In this document: piece after piece, positions 54,189-64,000 of the stretch
Numbering within the stretch: the first letter of the stretch is position 1
Layout of the letters: the number at the start of each line of letters is the position of its first letter
Assembly (NCBI RefSeq): GCF_037042905.1
Contig: NC_087245.1
Location: 40,116,001-40,180,000 of the forward strand
From: Lytechinus pictus
Taxonomy: Eukaryota
Reading direction: 5' to 3'
DNA: 64,000 bases
Program-made: the position numbers and the translations under genes
The notes under the pieces: model-generated
The model's input: only the letters and a program-made list of their open reading frames with translations
Told to the model about the DNA's origin: nothing
The model's database searches: none

Positions 54189-54499
54189 CAGACCTGCCAA
54201 CCAGTACGTTTTTGGTGTGTTTAGTACGTTTTTTTTTAATTATTTTTTTTACAAAATCGTAATTTATTGAGAAAAATCATCTCTATATGTCTCTATTTCA
54301 TAAAACTTACACAAATATGGTTATAAGATCAATGTAATTTCAGGTAACTTTTTTTTTTCAATCATTTTGTTAAATGCAGCTTGAGCACCGCGATGAGCGA
54401 GTGCACCTCGCATTTTATTATGAAATACACTTTTTTGGTGAAAAATACAGTTTTTTATCACAGAATACAATTTTTCATCCCCAGAGGTTGGCAGGTCTG
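54189..54499. mobile_element. Short TIR element with 6-bp TSD
   Basis: TIR CAGACCTGCCAACC...GGTTGGCAGGTCTG; TCATTA on both flanks; relative at about 61937..62147. Confidence 0.8.
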
Positions 54500-54662
54500 T
54501 CATTAAAGACCACAAACTTTGATAACCATCCCTATGGAAAATGTATCAAACCTATGAGTAAAGACCATCCCTTTACAAAGATGGACCTTATGTATAAGTT
54601 TCAGTGTACAATTACGAGAAAGGCTGATACAAGATGTCATTCAAATTCTCTTGATCTTGTAG

Positions 54663-54878
54663 AACGATGGGGACAGGCACGTGGGGTTTGCGAGCGACGT
54701 AGAAGACCAGCTGACGTCGGAAGACATCAGGTTACATCGGCGAGACACGCCGCACTATCTCAAGAACAAACGGGTAGACATGGTCGGGGAGCCGGACGCG
54801 GAGACAGCGGCGCTGTTAGAGAAGGTGATTGCTAGGAATTCAGTGAGTTCGGTGGGCATGGACACCCAGGAAGAGAAG
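54663..54878 (+). CDS. scrib: Scribble linker exon (NDGDRHVGFASDVEDQLTSEDIRLHRRDTPHYLKNKRV...MDTQEEK)
   Basis: ttgtag| ... AAG|gtgaga; 216 nt; LHRRDTPHYLKNKR motif; 3' end uncertain because of alternative in-frame donors at 54824 and 54842. Confidence 0.87.
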
Positions 54879-55905
54879 GTGAGAAGATGGGTGGAAGATC
54901 GAAGGAGGGAGTTGATGATAGGGATGGATGAGTGAGGAAGGAGGGAAGGAATGTCATCAGTAGGAATTGAGTAGACTTGTTTGGCACGGACAGCAAAGAA
55001 TAAAGGTTAAAAGATTGTAGAATGAAAGATGGAAAGATAGATGGGGGAGTTGAAGATGGAGATGAATGCTGAGGAAGGAGGGAATGTCATCAGTAGGAAT
55101 TGAGTAGACCTGTTTGGCTTGGACATTGAAGAATAAAGGTTAGAAGATTGTAGCATGAAAGATGGAAAGATAGATGGAGGAGTTGGTGATGGAGATGAAT
55201 TAGTGAGGAAGGAGGGAATGTCATCAGTAGGAATCGAGTAGACCTGTTTGGCATGGACATCAAAGAATAAAGGTTAGAAGATTGTAGAATGAAAGATGGA
55301 AAGATAGATGGAAGAGTTGGTGATGGAGATGAATGAGTGAGGAAGGAGAGATATTGTGATGGCTGAAAATGTTATAGGTAGGAATTTAGTAGACTAGTTT
55401 GGCGTGGATATACAAGAACTTCGGAAGGAAGGGGGTTGAAGTATGGAAAGATAGATTGAGGGAGTCGATGATGGAGGCGAATGAGTGAGGATGGAGATAT
55501 ATTGCTTTGGCTAGGGTAAGTTATGGATAGGAATTCTGTTGACTTGTTTGGGCATGGATATACAAGAAGAAAAGTTTTTCCAAATAGGAGAATGAAAGAT
55601 GGAAAGATAAATGGAGAAACATTGGAGGTGATGGAAAGAAGAAGAGAGAAAGGGGTTATGGCAAGAGAATGTTATAGGTAGGAACTCAGATAACTTGGGT
55701 AGGCATGGTCACTCAATAGGAGGGATGAAAGACGGATGTGTCGACGATAAAAAAAGGAAATATACAACCTGGAGGTAAGAAAATTGTAGAATGTAAAAAT
55801 TTTAGATGATTGAAATCATCGCATCGCAAGAATATCTAAGGGACGGTCTAGGGAATTCATTTGACCGTTGGGCATGGATGCCGAAGATCTGAAGGTTAGA
55901 AGGTG
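54833..55905 (+). repeat. Purine-rich tandem repeat of about 8 units (128-170 bp) starting inside the coding exon
   Basis: taggaatt-type unit starts at 54833, 54961, 55094, 55228, 55379, 55528, 55679 and 55849. Confidence 0.8.
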
Positions 55906-56188
55906 ACTGTGAAATGGAAACACCTATTTGTGCTCTTGAACTTATGCATTTTCACAATTTGAACATCCGGTTTCTTCCTTTTACATCAAACTTGAAGATT
56001 TGAAATAGTACGATGTGATGAAATACATGCACGCTTTGCTTTTCTGCTTGCATTTGTTTGAGTTTCCTTCCTACTTCGTATGTATGATTGTTTAATGTTG
56101 TGACTATCAACTTGTTAATGATGCTTATTAACGTAATGTGCTTTATGATTTTTTGTTTACTTCTCTTTCACGCATCCCGTTTCCGTAG

Positions 56189-56281
56189 CCAATCTCTATT
56201 TTAAAACATTCCAAACGTTACATAGCCGCTCAGCGTACCAACAGAACCAGATTAAAGTTTGGTAGTAGAAGCATGAGAGAG
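56189..56281 (+). CDS. Candidate alternative (cassette) Scribble exon PISILKHSKRYIAAQRTNRTRLKFGSRSMRE
   Basis: Long polypyrimidine tract ending ttccgtag|, 93 nt stop-free in phase 0, ends GAG|gtagat; no transcript evidence. Confidence 0.45.
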
Positions 56282-58290
56282 GTAGATTCATGTTGATTGT
56301 GTCGTACCAACAGGGAAACAAACACATGGGCCCCATTACGTAAAGCTTAGCGATCGATCATGGGGCTGTTTTTTGCAATCGATCATACTCAATTATCAAT
56401 GTATTAATGAATGCAATCAATCATAGAAATCAACCTCACAATTAGCAGCAAAGCTTCTTGTTACACGGCAATGGAATCAAGGATGCCAATTTTGAGATGA
56501 ATGAAAGAATTCTACCTTTTTAAATAAATTTCGGACCTTAAGAATAACTTGTTGTGTCCAGCAGAGCCCCTTTTGAAATGAATTTCCTCCTTTATCATCA
56601 GTTGAAAGAGGCTTCCTGGATCCAGTGACACGATGCCTAGTGATTGATCTTAAAGATGATTTTGTATGAATGATTGCGTATAAAGACCAATGTAAACAAT
56701 CATTAAATCAGACCTACGATCAATAGCTATGCTTTGTGTTAAAAGGCCTTTGTGTATTTCACAACCTAGGTGTATTTCACTCGTCGTTGGTGGTCAGAAA
56801 TTCTCAAGCATGCTCACACTTCCTGAAATCATTTTGAGAAGAAAAAAATGTAATTTTTGGTGGGGCATATCCTTTCAGAATAATTCAAGTTTAACTTTTC
56901 AACCTTACACATTTGAAATATTTTTACGCAGTAATACACATGGTTTTGCATTTAATGAATGAAAGAACTTCATAGTCAATAGATTGTTTATTCCTTGCAT
57001 GGGTATTATGCTTTAAATTTGAATTGACAAAATCAATTACTCCCTCCCAAAGCAATATTGCATGAAATTTCTTCCTCATTAATTTCATTTTAATAACTGG
57101 TGAATTAGATAAGATATACATATGTTGCAATATTTTGCACAGTTGTGTACTATCTGGTACGTTACATAACAGGAACTGTAGTTTGTTACTGATGAACAAA
57201 AGTGGAAAGGGTTACTTTTTAGCTCACCAGCCAAACTTTGCGATATTGTAGTACAGGCTGCACTGGACCTTATGGGAATTTCATCAATATTTTTTTTAAT
57301 TGAGTTTTCCAGGGAATTAATGAATATTTGGGAGTCAAATTTGTTCTGACCCCCCCCCCTTATTCTTAGAAGGCAAAACAAACAATTGTATGATTATATG
57401 TATCTTTGACTCAGAATTCTTATTACACCCACTCTTTCACTTTCTCAATTGTCACACAATCCAGTTTCTTGATATTTCAGTATAACCCTTTACGAATCCT
57501 AATCGGGATTAGAAGAGTGCATGACATGGATCTGATCGATTGTTTTGTGAACTTTAGTCAAGAAAGTGGGCTGCATGAAAGCACTTTATGCAAACAATGC
57601 ACCAAACTCACAACATCGTATTTTCTTGAATGCCTAGAATGGATGGCCTGTACAACTATTAACTTATGCAATCATTCATTTTTATGAAAGGATTATGTAC
57701 ATCCCCCCCAAAAAAAAAATCAGGAGAATTAAATGAAAATAAAATATTGATGCAGTCTGTTAACTTTAAAAATAATAGTCACATGAATTAAATGAATATA
57801 AATTTATTGTATTAGTTCTATAGCCAGGGAAATTTGACGAGGAAACTGCATACTTTATTGTGCATGATTGAGGCTACTTCAATCTGCAGTCTATGCTATA
57901 AAGATTTTGTTGGGCTAATTCAGTCGATGCAGTTTACCATGTGCATGTATAGTACTTGTCCCTTTCAGTCTATGTATTACAGCTTGAGTATTGATCAAAA
58001 GGAAACTAAAATCGATTGTAAAACAAGAGTGTAAATTAGCCGGTCACAACAACACCAAGATTGGTTTCGTTTTTCATCAGTAGACATGTTTTCTCATGGT
58101 GGAGCAAAACAAGGAAGAAAAAAAATTGGGTTCTTTTAGACTCCTTATAAATGTAGGGATCTTTTGGAAAGGCTTGGCTTAGACTACCACTCTCAATATG
58201 CCATGCTGAATGTTCAATTGTCTTTTTTTTCTTCATGTTTGAGAGTAGAATGCCTATATAAGCGTGTGTGATTATTTGCTTTATTTTCAG

Positions 58291-58380
58291 ATGGTGATAA
58301 ACTTCAGCCGTGATGGCAGTGGTCTTGGTATTAGTATAGCTGGTGGGAAAGGATCCACACCTTACAAGGGAAATGATGAG
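58291..58380 (+). CDS. scrib: Scribble PDZ1 exon (MVINFSRDGSGLGISIAGGKGSTPYKGNDE)
   Basis: ttttcag| ... GAG|gtaaag; 90 nt; GLGISIAGGKGSTPYKG diagnostic of Scribble PDZ1. Confidence 0.96.
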
Positions 58381-59322
58381 GTAAAGAAAGAATTGTTAAC
58401 CACTGGCCTGTATTCTCACGTCAGGTTTGATTGATCATGCAAATAAGTGTACGAAATTTGCCCTAAATTTTGTTTTTTGTGTATGTTTTTGCCTTTAAAT
58501 CACTTTACATTGCAAGTAGAATGTAATTTTGGTTGAACATATCAGTTTTTACATTTCTAACAAAAATCTACAAAAAAATTGCCAAAACATAATTAGTTCC
58601 CCATGTGTTTTATTGTTTTTTTAATTATTTTGTATGTATTTGTTTTTTCAAACGTTTTTTTTTTTATTGAACTTTTTCGGGGACCCTTTTGTGATCATAA
58701 ATACCATTAAAGAAATTCAGCGAAAGTAAAAATAATCATACATTTATAATTTTTTGTTAAAAAACACAATTTGCATTGACTTTGTACACGGAATCACGTT
58801 TTAGAGCAATTTTGGAACTGACATGCGCTTACAGAATATTGCGTAATTTCAGAACCTTGTACCCGGGAGTCGCAAATTTGGTCTCAAAAGATGCGCAAGA
58901 CTTGAAAGTAAAAAGTCAGTGAGCGCCACAGTTACAAAAATTTTGTGCGGCGGTGTAGCGACGAAATTTGTCTACCCAGTTTAATAAGGGTTCAACTCTG
59001 GTTTAACTATGCACAGCCAAAGTGCAACAAATCTAGAACGGTACAGGTCAATTTATCAGCTCAATTGACACTCAAATATTTCAGAGCTTTCTGGAAGTAG
59101 TATCTTACACAGTTTTCTTCACTATTAAAGGATGATGAATGAGCATGGTTAACATTGGAAATATACAATGTAAATATATTTTTTTGATTATCCAGGGAGT
59201 GGGGGATGGCATACATTGAATTATAATTTGCTAACATATTGATATGATTTTTTTAAAATCACCGACATTCAATTGTGCCTAATATTGTTCCTGATTTTTT
59301 TTCTTCTCTTTTGTATTTGCAG

Positions 59323-59400
59323 GGTATCTTCATTTCCAGGGTAGTAGAAGGAGGAATAGCAGCCAAAAATGGTCTCGCACTAGGCGACAAAATTCTAACA
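59323..59400 (+). CDS. scrib: Scribble PDZ1 exon (GIFISRVVEGGIAAKNGLALGDKILT)
   Basis: ttgcag| ... ACA|gtaagt; 78 nt. Confidence 0.95.
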
Positions 59401-59683
59401 GTAAGTAACTTTTCCTCATTTGTTGGAGCCATTTGTGCTCCTTTGCACATTAAAATCCCACTGCACTATTCATCTAAGAGTAGGGGGAAACCCCCTGGGT
59501 AGTGGTCCACCTGCACAGACTCCCCCAATCAGTTTTATCGGGAGGAGAGAACTGCGGGTCATTGTGATTCAGTTCGCTTTTTGCCTCCCAGGCACAGGTG
59601 ATGCCAAACAAATAATAGGAAATTCAAAATGAAATAATGTACATGCGGGGCTGTCTCATAAAGCAATTCATACCATGACTTAA

Positions 59684-60280
59684 AGGGGAATCCAGCCTTG
59701 GCCATAAAATGTTGTGTTGGGAAGGAGAAAAATAAATTAAACAGAATGGTGAAAGTTTGAAAGAAATCGGACAAGGAATAAGAAAGTTATAGCTGCTTTA
59801 AAATTGAGATCACTAATATAGTATGTAGATTTCAAATTGGCAACTGGGTTAGTAAATTATGACAAGGGGCAAGGACAACTTTCCCATAGGCCATGTACTT
59901 TATTATCAGGGATTTGTGGTTTTCTCCTAAGTACCCATTCCCCTGGGGCAGTAACCTAAATATAATCCAGGTAGTGTATTGTTTTATGTCCTCATGAAAG
60001 AAAAATATAACTTGAAATAAAACCTTTGGAAAAAATGACATTTTAGCCATAATATGTATTGGAGTACATGGAAGAGTAGTCCTTGCCTTACATCACTATG
60101 ACATCCCATATGCGGCCAATTTGAAGTCTCCATGGGTATAGTGATTACCAATATTTACAACTTTTAAAAATTCATAACTTTCTTGTTGTTTGTCCAATAT
60201 CGTTCAAAATTTCACCTATCAACTTGTCTGATTTTTCTTTTTCTTATAAAAACAAGTTTTTGTTTGGGTTGGATTCCCCT
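59684..60280. mobile_element. Kolobok-like MITE (TTAA TSD)
   Basis: TTAA|AGGGGAATCCA ... TGGATTCCCCT|TTAA. Confidence 0.8.
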
Positions 60281-60970
60281 TTAACATAGGACAGGTGACC
60301 TTGTCTCGTGCCAAACGATATTTCCCTATGTAGCTAATTTTGCACCTAAGAACATGTTCCAGGCATGTGTACGGTTGACTTGACTTGACGTGACGTGACT
60401 TATAAACAACATCTCTGTGAAACTCCGACTAGGATTGTTACTGAAAAATGATATTCTTGATCCATTCATTTCAAGGTGTCAATCTACACCTGCCATTCTT
60501 CACCCAGGTGATAAATGGGTACCCTGAAAAATGCAAAAACATCACTATAGTATGCCTAGCAATTGAGTTTGTAAGCACTTGCTGGAATATTCCCCAGGGA
60601 GTGGAAATTAGTTTATATTTGGTGTGGGCAAAGCAGAATCCAGCAATTGGGGTAATAATACATGTGTAAAGCACTTAGAGATCTATGTCTTTCCAATGTT
60701 TATAACTGTTATATAAATAAAATGTGGAATATTATTTATTTTTAATGTAATTCATAAATAGATTAAAAGAATTAAAGCAAGCAAAACTTCTGTGTCCATG
60801 TCCGACAATCACCGTAATCAAAGTAGATCTTTAAAATAAATGTAGTTGCAGCAGTGATTTTATGTCTTTAAAATCAAGGTTAATTGGACCCATTTCATTG
60901 TAGACTTTAGACCTGGCACATTTACATAAACCCAACTTTGTTAAATCTTGAAATTAAGATTTAAAACGAT

Positions 60971-61357
60971 GGTTTATTTCCAAATCGTCTAATGCCAATT
61001 CGTCCAATTGCCAACTCGTCTACTATCATTTGGTCTACCATCAGTTCGTCCACTCACCACATGGTCTACTTTCATTTAGTCTAATGCCATTCCGTCTAAT
61101 AGCCAGTTGGTCCAATAGCCATTTAGTCCATATACCATTTGGTCTAATTAAACTTAAGTGTTAATTGTGCAAAATGAATGAAAAGAAAATGGGTATTAGA
61201 CGAAATGGTAATCAGATGAAGTGTTGATTGGACCAAATGGTTATTGGCCCAAATGGTTGTTAGAAGAAATGTTAATGGACGGAATGGCATTAGACTAAAT
61301 GAAGGTAGACAATGTGGTGATTAGACGAGTTGGCAGTGGAAGAATTGGCACTTTACC
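60971..61357. mobile_element. MITE built of ~15-bp gtcta/gtcca repeats in inverted arrangement
   Basis: ccaattcgtccaattgccaactcgtcta ... tagacgagttggcagtggaagaattggca. Confidence 0.6.
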
Positions 61358-61617
61358 AAAACGATCACCAACTCCGATATCTATGTTTGATACGATTCTA
61401 TTAAATTCAAATGGCCGGCGGCTTTCATTGAGAGTGAATTACTATTTGCTAACCCCAGACTTTGTGAAAAGCAATGAAAATACCTGTAACAGAGACATCT
61501 TTAGGGGGAGAGCAAACCCAGTGTCTCGGCGAGAAATACTTCGGCCAAGACTGCTGAGCCCCTGGAACTGTCAGGCCAGGGAATAGTGAGATAATGACTT
61601 TACCATTAAAACTGCAT

Positions 61618-61890
61618 TAATAATAATGATAGCTGGATTTATAAAGCGCTTTTTGCCTGAGGATACAAAGTGCTGCTATTTATTACCCTGACTTTATCTC
61701 GAGCTACCATCACCGGCGCTCAGTTTATTCAAGGAAATAATCCTGCCGGGTACCCATTCACCTCACCTGGGTCGAGTGCAGCACAGTGTAGATCAATTTC
61801 TTGCTGAAGGAAAACACGCCGTGGCTTGGATTCGACCCACGACCCACCATTTGAAAGGCGAGAGTCAGAACCACTAGACCACGATGCGCC
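61618..61890 (-). mobile_element. tRNA-derived SINE
   Basis: - strand head ggcgcatcgTGGTCTAGTGG...GGGTCGAATCC, same core as 40685..40999, AAT-repeat tail. Confidence 0.85.
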
Positions 61891-62623
61891 AACATCATTT
61901 AAGATCATTAGGCATTGTTTAGTGGCTTTACAATGACAGAACTGCCAACTAGTCCTGATTTTCAGTATTTGGTACTGAAAAATAAGAAGAATACTGATGG
62001 TTTCATGAAAAAAAAATACTGATTTCTAAAGTTTCAGTTTTATGTGTTACCCATTGGTACTTCTTTGAAAAAAAGTGATTTCCCAACCGAAATACTGATT
62101 TTCAACTGTTAAACTACTGAAATGTTTTAACTCATGTTGGCAGCTCTGTGCATACCTATGCTGGTCATATATCTTGTTCTACTCTGGGCGATTTATATCC
62201 CAATGATAAGGTTCATAAGGTAGTATTTATTGTCCAAATAAAGAAATGGAAATTTGCATTTTCACATGGTATCGAACCTATATAACATAGCATGGAAAAT
62301 TAACATATTTACAGAAAATCAAACGATCACATATAGACAATTATGATATACCAATATACACGTGCATAGCATTTGTTATTGACATTGAAATTGGGATTGA
62401 AATGAAAATTGGAACTGAAAGCAAGATATTGGATATTGAAATGAAATTGAAATTCGAATTAAAATTAAAATGAGTACTATAAATCTTCATAGCATTGTCC
62501 AATTGTAATTGTTATCAGTATTTACATATTACTATTTCTATTGTCAATATTGTTGTTGTTTTAAAAATAAGAAGAATGATGTCAAATTCCCTCAATCTGC
62601 GAATCATATTTGACCTATTTCAG

Positions 62624-62800
62624 GTAAACAGCACCAACTTGGAGAACGCAGATCATCTGGAAGCGGTAGAAGCACTGAAGGCTGCGGGGAACAGCATCCA
62701 CATGGTGGTCACCAGGGAGGTGCTCGTATCCTCTGAAAGCAAAGCTCAGGAAAAACAACCCCCCTCTCTGACAATGGAACCTTCCTTAGATGAACACGGG
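62624..62800 (+). CDS. scrib: Scribble exon, end of PDZ1 plus linker (VNSTNLENADHLEAVEALKAAGNSIHMVVTREVLVSS...DEHG)
   Basis: tttcag| ... GGG|gtgagt; 177 nt; within ORF 62495..62878. Confidence 0.93.
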
Positions 62801-62864
62801 GTGAGTATGTGCACCGCCTTTCAATCGCAAATGGGAGCAAGTGTGACAGTGAATTCAACTTTAA

Positions 62865-63173
62865 GGCCCGTATTCTGAAGTCGGGTTTAACTTAAACTTA
62901 GGTTTAAAGTTGTGGTTTAAGTATGGATAGCCAATTGATACATAAATCACTAGCAGTAGAGATAACATATTTCAGCTCATTTGGCTCTCAAATCATTCAT
63001 AATTGTCTATGAAGTATAAATAGATGATTGTCTTCACCATCGATGAATCAGGAAAGAGCACGGTAAGCATAAGAAACATACAACTTAACAAAAAATTTGA
63101 CACTTGGCTTCCCATAATTTTAGCACAGAGTTAGACCATGGTCTAAGTTAAACCTGACTTCAGAATATGGGCC
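62865..63173. mobile_element. Harbinger/Tourist-like MITE, copy 3
   Basis: GGCCCGTATTCTGAAG TIR, TAA TSD. Confidence 0.85.
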
Positions 63174-64000
63174 TAAGTGATTAATATTCTTCCCATTTCT
63201 ACGACAGTTTGCTTGTATTTTGAGCCACATTTTAGGCATGGCTATATCATGCTAGGAGATATATTAGGCAAGACATCAGACTTTGTAGGCAAGACTTCAG
63301 ACTGTTTGCTCGCTGGTCATGGATTGCGCTATCAATTACCGGTGGTGATCGGTGACATGTACTTCACATGTTATCACCACTTGTGATAGGAACCATATTT
63401 TATGCTCCTCACTGACTGCAGAAGCTAAAGGTTAAATAGGGTCTTTGGATATTGAATCTCTTTCTAAACTTTTTATAAGGTATTTAATCATATTAGAATT
63501 TAGGTACACTTGTTAGATCACCAGGTTTGATTTGGGTACATGTATGTCATAATTAGCTTTATTCATAATTCCACTTTAAAATTCATGTGTAACTTAAACA
63601 AAAAAGATTTATGAAATAGCCTTCTTTGGTGATTACATCAATGTCTGCATAGTTTATGACCTGTAATGTGGGATTTTAGGTGAACAGAAGCAAAAATAGT
63701 TTGACGAGACAATAATTGTAACATGCATTCTGTCAGAAGATGAATGAAGAAAAGGAATGATTTATGAAAGAAATAGTTTGAATGAATATTTAGTCTGCAT
63801 GTGCAACCCAGTTAGTGCTTTGTATGTGGTCAAACTCATGAAAAGTCCTCGGATTGGTTTTGCATGATGAATGATCAGTTTGTGCACTTTGGTTTCGAGA
63901 GGTTATAGAGAAAGTGAATATTTCAGGGAGGATGTTTTATACCTATGCTTGATTTAAAGGCAGGGTTTGAAATAATAAATACAACCTGTTCTAAAATATC

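Noticed and set aside
54374..54835. 153-aa ORF overlapping the linker exon in another frame
   Set aside because: It runs through a MITE and the off-frame of the true exon; the conserved motif is in the 54681 frame.

Overview
This window is AT-rich animal genomic DNA; the repeat repertoire looks sea-urchin/echinoderm-like, which is an inference. The whole 64 kb lies inside one + strand multi-exon gene, scribble (SCRIB, LAP family polarity scaffold). Sixteen GT-AG coding exons from 6049 to 62800 splice in consistent phase into about 682 codons. They cover most of the LRR array, the LAPSD region, the acidic linker and PDZ1; the first exons and the remaining PDZ domains lie outside the window. 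The introns contain many non-autonomous DNA transposons/MITEs (TA, TTAA, 3-bp, 6-bp and 9-10-bp target-site duplications), tRNA-derived SINEs, a Helentron-like fragment and microsatellites. I see no prokaryotic features, no intact transposase and no convincing nested gene. Four observations deserve a second look. (1) The Scribble linker has a duplicated 'RVxF-like ... R-x-D-T-P-H' module resembling inhibitor-1/DARPP-32/G-substrate phosphatase-inhibitor switches. (2) A candidate 93-nt in-frame cassette exon just before PDZ1 carries SILK and RLKF motifs. (3) Four separate local tandem duplications of exon edges show CpG decay. (4) Several transposons have unusual architecture: 6-bp TSDs, crossed inverted repeats and nested palindromes.
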